A stretch of 61,599 nt of DNA, filler included. It is 4 parts of 4 records of this genome, joined end to end, with 100 filler letters (N's around TTAATTAATTAA, not from the genome) between each part and the next. Parts side by side here need not be neighbours in the genome. Positions count along the whole stretch, not along the records: positions 51,419 to 61,599 come from SRR2962707_1483; 3 more parts are not named here. One strand, given 5' to 3'. A program made the translations under genes and the position numbers. Shown here piece after piece: positions 52,788 through 61,599 of this stretch (its first letter is position 1; each line of letters begins with the position of its first letter). Under the pieces are notes generated by a model. The model was not told where the DNA came from. It worked only from the letters and a program-made list of their open reading frames with translations, and ran no database searches.

Positions 52788-53594
52788 TTAAGATCTGGGA
52801 TGAGCGCTGCGGGTATTAATGACAAGTTGGTCTACTTGGATGTCATCGAGAATAAGGCTTGAGACGAAAGGATTGACCTCTCCCGGGCGATAAATTCCAA
52901 ACTTTAGGAAGGGCTCAACACAATCCAGCGTGTACACAGGTTCGTCACTGAAGAGGGGGCGTTCGTTCAGCCACATCGACAGTCGGTAAGGTTTGCTGCG
53001 GGCGTCGTACAAAATGTCGAACTTTTGCTCTTTTTGTCGGACATCCTTGATTTGCGGCGCGTCGTTCAACATTGAAACAAGATCGCCACGATTGGAGGTT
53101 GGACCAAGCTCTGTTCCCGGTTTGAGAACCATGGCACGCATCCTTTGCCAATCAAATTGCAACATCATCAAAGGGGCAGACTTGCAGGTTTTGCTCCAAC
53201 CATGGATTTGGAAAAAGGTTTCCCTTTTGCCGACAAAGCCTTCTCTGAATATCGTCGTAAATGAGATATTATAGGCATACCCGTCTTCAAAATTGCCATT
53301 CTGGCGCAGTTCTGCGCGCTCCCAATATCGTGCGCCATCTCGAGGGCTCTTATCGGAGCTGCATCGCCCCATATCCCCTGGTCCCAGATGAAAATGGAGT
53401 TTGCTATCGTTTGTGGACCGGTCCCAAAACACAGAGGGTGGTCGGGTCGGTCCCTGCCATGTGGGAACCGGTAAGTCGCAATTTTTAAATAGACCGATAT
53501 TCCAGTCTGAATCCCGATACTCGTCCGCGCGAGTGGGGATTGCTGTGACGAGAACAATAAAAAAGGCCGCCGAAAACCATCGAAACCACTGCAT
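52788..53594 (-). CDS. Secreted polysaccharide lyase-like (beta-jelly-roll) protein
   Basis: Signal peptide; RAELRQ, FFQIH and LKFGIYR resemble the conserved R.ELR / QIH / YFK.G.Y lyase strands. Confidence 0.7.
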   Translation of the reverse strand: MQWFRWFSAAFFIVLVTAIPTRADEYRDSDWNIGLFKNCDLPVPTWQGPTRPPSVFWDRSTNDSKLHFHLGPGDMGRCSSDKSPRDGARYWERAELRQNGNFEDGYAYNISFTTIFREGFVGKRETFFQIHGWSKTCKSAPLMMLQFDWQRMRAMVLKPGTELGPTSNRGDLVSMLNDAPQIKDVRQKEQKFDILYDARSKPYRLSMWLNERPLFSDEPVYTLDCVEPFLKFGIYRPGEVNPFVSSLILDDIQVDQLVINTRSAHPRS

Positions 53595-53714
53595 GGGCTC
53601 CACCTATGTTAAACGTGCGCGCTTTCCTTAATTCGTTAAAACTATCAGGGGTTGTGTTGATTCGATAGAGTGTCTGGAAACTAATCAGCACAGGGTTGTG
53701 CATTTGTTACAGGC

Positions 53715-53746
53715 AAAAAAAGGCCACGCCGAAGTGGCGTAGCCTT
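53715..53746 (-). terminator. Intrinsic terminator after rpsO
   Basis: Minus strand AGGCTACGCC-acttc-GGCGTGGCCT followed by a T run. Confidence 0.8.
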
Positions 53747-53771
53747 AAGAATTCTAAAAGAGAATTGTCGC

Positions 53772-54041
53772 TTAGCGACGAATGCCCAAACGCTTGATCA
53801 GGTCCTGATAACGTGCTTCGTCTTTGGATTTTGTGTAATCCAAAAGCTTACGACGCAGAGCAACCAATTTCAAAAGACCACGACGTGAGTGGTTGTCTTT
53901 CTTGTGGGTTTTAAAGTGCTCAGTCAGGGTAGTGATCCGGCTGGTCAGAATGGCAACCTGAACTTCAGGGGAGCCTGTGTCGCCTTCTTTGGTGGCGAAT
54001 TCTTTCATCAGGCGGTTTTTTTCTTCTGCAGTAATCGACAT
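53772..54041 (-). CDS. rpsO: 30S ribosomal protein S15
   Basis: [13 protein letters not shown] and [11 protein letters not shown]. Confidence 0.99.
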   Translation of the reverse strand: MSITAEEKNRLMKEFATKEGDTGSPEVQVAILTSRITTLTEHFKTHKKDNHSRRGLLKLVALRRKLLDYTKSKDEARYQDLIKRLGIRR

Positions 54042-54138
54042 CGGGGTCTCCTTTTCAGAGTAAAGGGTTATGGCGCAAGCCGGGATGTCGTCCAGCAGGG
54101 CCCGTGGAGAAATCCGCCATCATGACGGATGGGCGCGT
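54042..54138 (-). ncRNA. Putative alphaproteobacterial S15 autoregulatory leader
   Basis: 5' hairpin CCATCCGTCAT..GATGGCGGA and core GCTGGACGACATCCCGGC ahead of RBS AAGGAG. Confidence 0.55.
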
Positions 54139-54182
54139 ATAGGTCAGATTCTCTGAAATTGGAAGCGAAATGTATCGGACTC

Positions 54183-55205
54183 TCATTGAAGCGCGTTCAG
54201 GGCCTCAACCGTGCTTTCGCCCATTAGCACGATATCTTCTATTGGCGGCATGATGTCAGCCGACAGCTGAGCCAGCACTTCACCATTCACAACGACATCA
54301 ACCATACCCGGGTTTGCGGCACTTGGTCGAAGAGAGAGGTCGGGAGCACCTTCGCCCCCTGTATCGTCGTAAACGATGATCAGTTGGTCTTCTGCCCCAT
54401 CATAATCCATCAGCGTCGCGGGATCGTCGGATAGCCAGTTTCCCAGAACAAAACTGTCCTCTCCGATACCGCCAGACACAATATCCGCGGCTCCGGCAAT
54501 CAACATGTCGTCGCCAGCCCCACCGTTCAAATAGTCAATGTCCTGTTCAACACCGTCCGGCGCGAAGCCCGACACAATGTCATCGCCATCGCCGCCAAAT
54601 AAAGTATCAGCGCCCAAACCCCCGGACAATGTGTCATTGCCCTCGCGCCCCAAAAGCCCATCATGCCCGTCGCCGCCCATCAGTAGGTCGTGGCCCAGGC
54701 CGCCGTTCAATTGGTCATTCCCAGCGCCGCCGAAAAGGCGATCCTGCCCGTCATGTCCGTATAAAGAATCATGCCCGTCTTCGCCGCGAATCCAATCATC
54801 CCCGGATTCGCCGTGAATTGTATCGTTGTCGGCGCCGCCGTTCAGGGAATCTTCGCCTGCGCCACCGACCAGTTCGTCATCATCGCCCAGACCAAGCAGT
54901 GTGTCATTCCCAGCGCCCCCATGCAGGTGGTCGGTCTGGTCCGTCCCTTCAACAAAGTCATCGCCGTCATCCGACTGAAGCATCAGTCCCGGCTCAGCAT
55001 AGGTTGTCCCGGAGGAAGAATAGATCGATGGAAGGGCAAATGTTATGCGGGCTTGATCCGCAGCGTCCGACACCAGATCACCCGTACTGTTAGAGGTATC
55101 CGTGTCCTCGTCAGAGTCTAACTCATCATCAGGCGTATCCGTTGTCGTGACAAAGGCCACAGAGCCTACAACCATCATTCCCATTAAACCGGCAAGCCAA
55201 AGCAT
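54183..55205 (-). CDS. Acidic calcium-binding protein with hemolysin-type (RTX) nonapeptide repeats
   Basis: More than 12 tandem GGxGxDxLx units; hydrophobic N-terminus. Confidence 0.9.
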   Translation of the reverse strand: MLWLAGLMGMMVVGSVAFVTTTDTPDDELDSDEDTDTSNSTGDLVSDAADQARITFALPSIYSSSGTTYAEPGLMLQSDDGDDFVEGTDQTDHLHGGAGNDTLLGLGDDDELVGGAGEDSLNGGADNDTIHGESGDDWIRGEDGHDSLYGHDGQDRLFGGAGNDQLNGGLGHDLLMGGDGHDGLLGREGNDTLSGGLGADTLFGGDGDDIVSGFAPDGVEQDIDYLNGGAGDDMLIAGAADIVSGGIGEDSFVLGNWLSDDPATLMDYDGAEDQLIIVYDDTGGEGAPDLSLRPSAANPGMVDVVVNGEVLAQLSADIMPPIEDIVLMGESTVEALNALQ

Positions 55206-55291
55206 CGCGTGTCACCTATACAAAACGTCGCCAAATTACCGCAGAGGCCGCGTTTCGATCAAAGGTTTTCCGGTTAATTGGTTACCGGCCG

Positions 55292-55579
55292 TTAATTAGG
55301 CGCGCTTTGGATTTCTTCGATGATCTGGTTCGCCCAGGATCCGATAACGGGAATGAACGACACTTGGCTGAGTGTCAAAACGACAAGCGAAACCAAAACG
55401 GAAGCGCCTAAAACCGTGCCCAAACCCAAGGCCAGACCGCGAATAAATTGCAATCCAAGCATGCGCCACGTCGAATTGTGAATCCGAACAAAACGATGAT
55501 TGGACAATGTTTCAATGGCTGCGGAAAGGCGGGCCATTTCTTCAGCCATATCTGCGTCAGATTTTGTCGGCTCTGTCAT
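55292..55579 (-). CDS. Small membrane protein (DUF5665-like)
   Basis: HRFVRIHNS...QFIRGLALGLGTVLGA and IPVIG.W. Confidence 0.75.
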   Translation of the reverse strand: MTEPTKSDADMAEEMARLSAAIETLSNHRFVRIHNSTWRMLGLQFIRGLALGLGTVLGASVLVSLVVLTLSQVSFIPVIGSWANQIIEEIQSAPN

Positions 55580-55582
55580 GGC

Positions 55583-56119
55583 TTACGTCTCCCAGAGGAT
55601 TGGTTCAATTGTATAGGACACATATAGCGGATGCCTTGGATGCCCGGCTTTTGTCAAACCCAGATGGAAGAGTGGGCCAGGCAACAGGTCCGTAAATGTC
55701 TCAGCGCGATTCAAATGGGCACCATGCACGCCCCATGCAGCAACAGTCTTGCCCGACAGCGCATGCCATTGTTGCACCACCGCATCGTTTAGCGGACCAA
55801 CCGGATCAGCTGCGCGTTTTAAGTCAGACGGTTGTGTCGCGCGAAAGGCGAACAAATTGGCGATCATGACACCGCCAAAACCCATGGCTCTTGCGCGTCG
55901 CTCACAGCGTTCGATGGTCGGGTCATTGCGCAATTCTGTGGCAGTCGACGGATTCAGCATCACAAACAACACAGGTGGGCGTTGTGCATCCCACTGTCGA
56001 CCAAGCCCATAGCGAAATGTTTCGCAGGGGGAATAAAGCGCAATCGAGACCGAGGTGTCGCTTTGGTGTCGCCGCTCAATCAGCCCATTCGGAAATTCTG
56101 CTGTCCAATCGCGTAACAC
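55583..56119 (-). CDS. DUF1643 family protein
   Basis: FVMLNPSTA, NDPT, NLFAFRAT, AAWG and GHPRHPLY. Confidence 0.9.
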   Translation of the reverse strand: MLRDWTAEFPNGLIERRHQSDTSVSIALYSPCETFRYGLGRQWDAQRPPVLFVMLNPSTATELRNDPTIERCERRARAMGFGGVMIANLFAFRATQPSDLKRAADPVGPLNDAVVQQWHALSGKTVAAWGVHGAHLNRAETFTDLLPGPLFHLGLTKAGHPRHPLYVSYTIEPILWET

Positions 56120-56129
56120 GGGGCTGTCC

Positions 56130-57035
56130 TTAGGTTACAAAGACACGGGCAGGGTGCAGCTCTCCAGATTTGTAGCGTCCGACAGCGACCGCCTTACCAT
56201 CTTGTGAAGCCCAACACTCATCGCCGTATTCGACATCAGACACAAACACCATTGCGGGATTGCCATTGCGAAGTTTTGCAGCGTTCTCTGGTGAACAGGT
56301 GGCCTGAGGCAATTCCGCAAGACCTATCTCAAGCGGCAACACATGGCTGTCCAGTTCCGGTTGCTGCGCCAGCCGTTCGACCTCTTCCAAAGTGATGCCA
56401 TCAACGGCGTCGAAGGGGCCAGACCAGGTGCGACGCAACTTGAGAACATGGCCATAACAGCCAAGCGCTTCGCCAAGATCACGGGCAATCGACCGGACAT
56501 AGCCGCCTTTGCCACAGACCATCTCAAGCTCGACATGGTCCGCGTCAATCCGATCCGTCATTGTCAGTTCTTCGACCCAAAGCGCACGGGCGGCGATTTC
56601 GACATCCTGACCGTCTCGGGCGAGCTTATACGCGCGTTCGCCATCGATCTTTACAGCCGAGAATTTCGGGGGAACCTGTTGGATGTCACCGACGAATTGA
56701 CCGAGGGCTGCTTTGATCGTTTCATCATCGGGCCGCAGATCAGATTGGGCGATGATTTCCCCTTCGGCGTCGTCTGTATTGGTCGCCTGGCCCAGCCGAA
56801 CGGTAAACCGATAGGCCTTTAGGGCGTCGGTGATATAGGGAACGGTCTTGGTTGCTTCGCCCAAGGCAACGGCCAGAACGCCGGTGGCTTCTGGGTCCAA
56901 GGTGCCCGCATGGCCGGCCTTTTTGGCCTGTAGCGCCCAACGCACTTTGTTGACCACTGCGGTCGAGGTCGGACCCGCCGGTTTGTCAACGATCAGCCAA
57001 CCTGAAATGTCGCGGCCTTTGCGTTTGCGTGCCAT
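56130..57035 (-). CDS. truB: tRNA pseudouridine(55) synthase
   Basis: [24 protein letters not shown] and [12 protein letters not shown]; start ATG 57035. Confidence 0.97.
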   Translation of the reverse strand: MARKRKGRDISGWLIVDKPAGPTSTAVVNKVRWALQAKKAGHAGTLDPEATGVLAVALGEATKTVPYITDALKAYRFTVRLGQATNTDDAEGEIIAQSDLRPDDETIKAALGQFVGDIQQVPPKFSAVKIDGERAYKLARDGQDVEIAARALWVEELTMTDRIDADHVELEMVCGKGGYVRSIARDLGEALGCYGHVLKLRRTWSGPFDAVDGITLEEVERLAQQPELDSHVLPLEIGLAELPQATCSPENAAKLRNGNPAMVFVSDVEYGDECWASQDGKAVAVGRYKSGELHPARVFVT

Positions 57036-57108
57036 GATGCTTTGAACCCTAAAGATATGTGATAAGGGCGGCGGCGTAGCCCAGGTCAGGGACACTGTCA
57101 ATTCCGCA

Positions 57109-57858
57109 CTAGGGAGTCTTTGGTTCGACAACCCCAACAATTGGCCCCATCCAGCGCCCTAAATCTGACCGGCCTAAGGAAGGCGCGTGCAGGCGGGACA
57201 CATTGCCGTCGATGTATAAGGCTTGGTCCAAATTCAGATGAGAGCGGAATAGTTCAGCAAATTCGAAAAAGGTGACGGCGTTGTTTGAGATCGCAAAGAC
57301 CAACCGCTTTCCGTCTTCGGAGGCGCCAACGCCGTTTCTTATATAGCGTGACGTACCGTCCGGCAGGATCGAAGGATGCAACTCTCCGTCGATCACCAAC
57401 ATAGGACCTGTCTGTGAGGCATAGACACAGTCAGGAGATTCTTTGACAAAGCGCAGGGTTTCAATCACCCGCGCCTGTTCGGGTAAGACGCAGAAAACCC
57501 CATTGGGCAGTAGACCGAAATTTCCGGGACCAGCGTTTGTGACCACCCGCATGACCTCTTTACCGTTCTCAAGGTAAAACCCAACGGGGGATCGATTTTC
57601 GTGGTACATACCGCCGTTCATTGCGAGGGCAAGCATCTGATTGTCTGAAGACAGCACCTGATCGACGACAGAGAAGTGACCATAAGGTTTGTCATTTTGA
57701 TCATAGAGGAAAAGCCGAATGTCCTCAACTTGGGGATCGATTTCGCAGGTTGTAAAGCTGTTGCCCTCAATCGTCAGGTCCTGACATTGGACGGCGGCGG
57801 CTTTGCTGGCCCAGACGGCCATCACCGCGCAAAGCCCAAATTGGATCGCGCGGCGCAC
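57109..57858 (-). CDS. Phosphodiester glycosidase (NAGPA/YigE-like) family protein
   Basis: Signal peptide; [28 protein letters not shown] and ALYIDG. Confidence 0.85.
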   Translation of the reverse strand: MRRAIQFGLCAVMAVWASKAAAVQCQDLTIEGNSFTTCEIDPQVEDIRLFLYDQNDKPYGHFSVVDQVLSSDNQMLALAMNGGMYHENRSPVGFYLENGKEVMRVVTNAGPGNFGLLPNGVFCVLPEQARVIETLRFVKESPDCVYASQTGPMLVIDGELHPSILPDGTSRYIRNGVGASEDGKRLVFAISNNAVTFFEFAELFRSHLNLDQALYIDGNVSRLHAPSLGRSDLGRWMGPIVGVVEPKTP

Positions 57859-57862
57859 TGGG

Positions 57863-58258
57863 TCAGTCCTCTAGATCTCGACGAACCGCTTCGTTTGAAA
57901 GCAAGCGGCGGGTTTCATCCATTCGGTCAAAGGTTTCGTCCAGGCGAAACACCAACTCCGGAGAATATTTGAGGGTTAGCTTCTTGTTGATCGCTCGGCG
58001 CAATTCGTAGCTGTTGCGGCGCAACAGGTCGAGGGCCTCTTCCTTGTCCTTACCGCCCAGCGGCAGAATATAAGCAGTTGCGATCCGCAAATCAGGAGTC
58101 ACGCGCACCTCGCCCACCGTGATAGACAGACGGTTCAGGTCGGGGTCATGAATGTCGCCACGGTTCAGCACATCAGACATTGTGCGGCGGATTAATTCTC
58201 CGACGCGCAATTGCCGTTGACTGGGTCCGGCGAATTCGTTGGTTTTGTTCTTGGCCAT
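57863..58258 (-). CDS. rbfA: Ribosome-binding factor A
   Basis: [17 protein letters not shown] and KYSPELVF. Confidence 0.96.
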   Translation of the reverse strand: MAKNKTNEFAGPSQRQLRVGELIRRTMSDVLNRGDIHDPDLNRLSITVGEVRVTPDLRIATAYILPLGGKDKEEALDLLRRNSYELRRAINKKLTLKYSPELVFRLDETFDRMDETRRLLSNEAVRRDLED

Positions 58259-58345
58259 AATGCTCATCTAAGCCGTCCACGGGGCTTTGCCAAGCGGTGC
58301 GTTCGCGCTATGACGCGACAAGTATGTATTGAAAGGACAGTCGAC

Positions 58346-59164
58346 ATGACCGAATTGCCTGGGGTGGTGGTTACTGGGGTATCGGGCCGAATGGGTCAGA
58401 TGCTGGTGCACGAGATCAACGCGGATGATCGGCTCAAACTTGTCGGAGCGCTCGAACGGCCGGGTCACGACTGGGTCGGACGTGATCTGGGCCTGTGCAT
58501 GGGCGGGGTAGAACTCGGTATTCTGGTCTCTGATGACGCTTTGGAGCAGTTTTCCAAGGCCCAGGCCGTGATTGACTTTACCGCGCCCGCGGCGACCGTT
58601 GCATTCTCAGAGCTGGCTGCCCAAGCTCGGGCAGTTCATGTGATTGGCACCACGGGCCTGTCTGACGAAGATCTGGTCAAGATCAAAGCAGCCTCGCATC
58701 ACGCGGTTATTGTGCGCGCAGGCAACATGAGCCTTGGCGTGAATTTGCTGACGGTCCTGACCAAACAGGTCGCCAAAGCGCTGGACGCTGATTTTGATAT
58801 TGAAATTATCGAATCACATCACAATCGCAAGGTGGACGCGCCGTCCGGTACAGCCCTTATGCTGGGTGAGGCGGCGGCCGAAGGGCGCGGCGTGTCTTTA
58901 GCAGATGTCAAAGACAGCGGGCGCGATGGGATCACGGGCGCGCGCAAACGGGGTGACATCGGGTTTTCGGCCATTCGCGGCGGCGCCATCATCGGTGAAC
59001 ATGATGTGATGTTCGCGTCGCAAAGCGAACGGATCGTTCTGAGCCACATCGCTGGCGATCGTGGGCTCTTTGCCAAAGGTGCTTTGAAAGCGGCGATCTG
59101 GGGACAAGACAAAGCCCCCGGCGAATATGATATGCTTGACGTGCTTGGTCTACCCAAGGACTAG
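58346..59164 (+). CDS. dapB: 4-hydroxy-tetrahydrodipicolinate reductase
   Basis: GVSGRMG, IDFT, IGTTG and [23 protein letters not shown] before ATG 58346. Confidence 0.97.
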   Translation: MTELPGVVVTGVSGRMGQMLVHEINADDRLKLVGALERPGHDWVGRDLGLCMGGVELGILVSDDALEQFSKAQAVIDFTAPAATVAFSELAAQARAVHVIGTTGLSDEDLVKIKAASHHAVIVRAGNMSLGVNLLTVLTKQVAKALDADFDIEIIESHHNRKVDAPSGTALMLGEAAAEGRGVSLADVKDSGRDGITGARKRGDIGFSAIRGGAIIGEHDVMFASQSERIVLSHIAGDRGLFAKGALKAAIWGQDKAPGEYDMLDVLGLPKD

Positions 59165-59207
59165 GGGGCACAATCGGGGCAGAGCAGAACTTTGCCCCGA
59201 GATCAGG

Positions 59208-59393
59208 TCAAAAGTCGATCGCCAGCCCTTTTTTCTCCCAATCGCCGTAACGAACAGGTTCAGGGCCATTTCGCCCGCCCAGCTCTTTTGGCATGGCGGC
59301 CAGTTTGGCTTCAGCCAAAACACGGCGTTCTTCAGCTTCCGCCAAAGCGCGAATGGCTGCCGGAGGCAAGTCTTTCGAAGTGTCGTCTGACAT
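59208..59393 (-). CDS. DUF1674 (SDHAF4-like) small protein
   Basis: PKELGGR.GPEPVRYGDWEKKG. Confidence 0.9.
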   Translation of the reverse strand: MSDDTSKDLPPAAIRALAEAEERRVLAEAKLAAMPKELGGRNGPEPVRYGDWEKKGLAIDF

Positions 59394-59462
59394 TGGTGTG
59401 CTTTCCTTTTTCTACGGTCATGATATACGCCGCGACTTATCCTCGACAAGTCGGAATGCCCT

Positions 59463-60734
59463 ATGCCCAAGCACGCCCAATCGCCCCGCGCCGCTGCCGT
59501 CTCTCTTTTGGACGGTGTGTTGGGGCAGGGACGGCTCATTTCAGATCTGACCTCTGGCGCAGAATGGCGCGCCTTGCCTCCCGCCGACAGAGCCGCAGCC
59601 CAGCGTCTTGCGCTTGATGCGTTGCGGGGCTTGGAGCGGGCAGATCGTATACTGAAACCCTACCTCAAAAAAGAACCGCCCCTGCACATCCAGAACGTGC
59701 TGCGTCTGGCGACAGTCGAACTTTGCAACGGCGGTGCGGCGCATGGTGTTGTCAATGACGCGGTCAATCAGATCGCCGCTGGCAGCCCAAAAACCCAAGG
59801 ATTCAAAGGGCTTGTGAACGCTGTTCTGCGCAAAGTCGCCGACAAAGGGCCTGCGCAGTGGGCGATTCTGCGCATTCCTCGATTGCCCGATTGGCTGCGC
59901 GATCCGTTGAGCGAAGCTTGGGGGCGCGAGGTCGTCACCGCGATGGAAGCCGCGCAGTTTTCCGGCGCACCGCTGGATCTCACAGCCAAATCTGATCCGC
60001 AGACCTTGTCCGACGCCACGCAAGGCACGCTCTTGCCAACTGGCTCTGTGCGTCTCAGAGGACACCATCAGGTCACACAGCTTCCTGGCTACGCAGAAGG
60101 CGAGTGGTGGGTGCAAGATGTGGCAGCGGCGCTCCCCGCGCAGCTTTTGGGCGACGTGACAGGACTCGAGATTCTGGATATGTGCGCGGCGCCCGGCGGA
60201 AAGACGATGCAATTGGCCGCAGGTGGTGCCAATGTCACAGCGCTTGACCTGTCAGAGCGCCGTCTGTCGCGGGTTCAGGAAAACCTCGCCCGGACAGGGC
60301 TCAGTGCCAGCATCGTCAAGGCAGACGCCCTGACGTTTGATGGCGGCCCGTTCGATGCGATTTTGCTCGACGCCCCTTGTTCTGCCACAGGAACAATGCG
60401 CCGCCACCCGGACTTGCCCCACGCTCGGGACGGGGACGGAATCGCAGAATTGATCGCCCTACAGGCGACCATGATCGACAAAGCGCTTAACCTGCTCAAA
60501 CCCGGCGGGCGTCTGGTCTTCTGCACCTGTAGCCTGATCCCGGATGAGGGCGAATGCCAGATCGAAGAGGCCTTGTTGCGCCATCCCAGCCTAAAGGTCA
60601 CGACCCCAGACCTGCCGGGTGTCCCTGCCGAGTGGCGCAGTGAAGAAGGCGGCCTGCGCCTGCGTCCGGATTACTGGCCCGAAACTGGTGGTATGGACGG
60701 GTTTTATATGGCGGTCCTGACCAAACCGGCCTGA
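59463..60734 (+). CDS. rsmB: RsmB/NOP family RNA m5C methyltransferase with NusB-like N-terminus
   Basis: VNAVLR, WVQD, DMCAAPGGKT, LDAPCSATG and CTCS. Confidence 0.9.
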   Translation: MPKHAQSPRAAAVSLLDGVLGQGRLISDLTSGAEWRALPPADRAAAQRLALDALRGLERADRILKPYLKKEPPLHIQNVLRLATVELCNGGAAHGVVNDAVNQIAAGSPKTQGFKGLVNAVLRKVADKGPAQWAILRIPRLPDWLRDPLSEAWGREVVTAMEAAQFSGAPLDLTAKSDPQTLSDATQGTLLPTGSVRLRGHHQVTQLPGYAEGEWWVQDVAAALPAQLLGDVTGLEILDMCAAPGGKTMQLAAGGANVTALDLSERRLSRVQENLARTGLSASIVKADALTFDGGPFDAILLDAPCSATGTMRRHPDLPHARDGDGIAELIALQATMIDKALNLLKPGGRLVFCTCSLIPDEGECQIEEALLRHPSLKVTTPDLPGVPAEWRSEEGGLRLRPDYWPETGGMDGFYMAVLTKPA

Positions 60735-60740
60735 TGCCGT

Positions 60741-60786
60741 ATTTCATCTTTCCAGAAATACTCTGGGGTCCGGGGCAACGCCCCGG
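60741..60786. repeat. Rhodobacteraceae-type short intergenic palindromic element
   Basis: TTTCATCTTTCCAGAAATACTCTGGGGTCCGGGGCAACGCCCCGG; parallels 7612-7666. Confidence 0.55.
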
Positions 60787-60839
60787 CGCTTTGACCTAAA
60801 ACTTACCATCGCCATATATGTCTGATCGGTCGTACCATC

Positions 60840-60874
60840 AAAAAAGGCCCCCGCTGATTGCTCAGCAGGGACCT
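60840..60874 (-). terminator. Probable terminator after the BMP gene
   Basis: Imperfect GC stem around GCTGA-ttgc-TCAGC with T6 tail on the minus strand. Confidence 0.65.
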
Positions 60875-60896
60875 GACATCTCGTAAAACCCAACAT

Positions 60897-61599
60897 TTAG
60901 TTCGGGATATCGCCAGTCAGACCTTCGATGTAGAAGTTCATGCCGGCCAGGGTGCCATCATCGGCTGTTTCACCGTCTGCCAGCCAAACTGAGCCGTCCT
61001 GTTTGTTGATCGGGCCGGTAAAGGGCTGATACGCACCAGAGGCAATCGCGTCTTTCAATGCCAGCGCTTCGGCTTTGACATCTGCCGGAACGGCGTCGGT
61101 GATCTCACCGATTCCGACCATACCTTTGCCAATGCCATCCCAGGTCGAGACGGTGGACCAAGTGCCATCCATAACGGCCTGAACCCGCTCGATGTAGTAC
61201 GGTCCCCAGTCGTCGATAATCGAGGAAACGCGAGGCAGCGGGCCGTATTCCGCCATATCAGACGCTTGACCAAAGGTGATCACGTTGCCTGCTTCTTGCG
61301 CTGCGGCCTGAGGAGCCGTGGAGTCGGTGTGCTGCAGGATCACGTCCGCGCCGTTTTCGATCAAAGCCCGCGCTGCGTCGGCTTCTTTTGCGGGATCAAA
61401 CCATGTGTAAGCCCAGATGATCGAGAATTCGACGTCAGGGTTCACCTTTTGGGCGTGCAGGTATGCCGAGTTGATGCCGCGGATAACTTCTGGGATCGGG
61501 AAGGAAGCAATATACCCGATCTTGTTGGTTTTTGTCATCTTACCAGCGATATGGCCCTGGATCGCCCGACCTTCGTAGAAACGGGCCGAATAGACCGAC
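60897..61599 (-). CDS. BMP-family ABC transporter substrate-binding protein (5' truncated)
   Basis: RFYEGR, IPEVIRGIN, TWFDPAKE, QHTDS and DWGPYY. Confidence 0.92.
   Translation of the reverse strand, partial: SVYSARFYEGRAIQGHIAGKMTKTNKIGYIASFPIPEVIRGINSAYLHAQKVNPDVEFSIIWAYTWFDPAKEADAARALIENGADVILQHTDSTAPQAAAQEAGNVITFGQASDMAEYGPLPRVSSIIDDWGPYYIERVQAVMDGTWSTVSTWDGIGKGMVGIGEITDAVPADVKAEALALKDAIASGAYQPFTGPINKQDGSVWLADGETADDGTLAGMNFYIEGLTGDIPN

Noticed and set aside
54480-54960. Periodic ~27-nt pattern as a possible CRISPR or DNA repeat array
   Set aside because: It is the coding periodicity of GGxGxD nonapeptides; no identical repeats with unique spacers were seen anywhere in the window.

Overview
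The window is an artificial concatenation of four contigs joined by 100-nt linkers (44 N + TTAATTAATTAA + 44 N) at 22938-23037, 36866-36965 and 51319-51418. Contig 1 (1-22937) and contig 4 (51419-61599) are Rhodobacteraceae-like core-genome DNA: ftsK, lolA, hspQ, ggt, an anti-sigma/anti-anti-sigma pair, thiolase, a GcvT/homocysteine methyltransferase cluster, pnp, ada, rpsO, truB, rbfA, dapB and rsmB. Contig 2 (23038-36865) is a GC-rich alphaproteobacterium (Parvibaculum/Hyphomicrobiales-like). It carries a ~5.7-kb accessory island between prfB and the bactofilin-M23-DUF455-bcp-AsmA locus. The island encodes a C5-cytosine methyltransferase, Vsr, a 73-aa protein, a divergent GHKL/MORC-like ATPase and two coupled uncharacterised proteins. 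I cannot match this set to a named system, and it is the best candidate for an undescribed methylation-based anti-phage system. A triple Pho-box-like repeat sits at its right edge. Contig 3 (36966-51318) looks eukaryotic (probably a protist). It holds an uninterrupted ORF of at least 4643 codons for a secreted giant protein that mixes bacterial adhesin-type cadherin/Ig-like repeats with a second repeat family. All family assignments are by-eye motif recognition; no searches were run.
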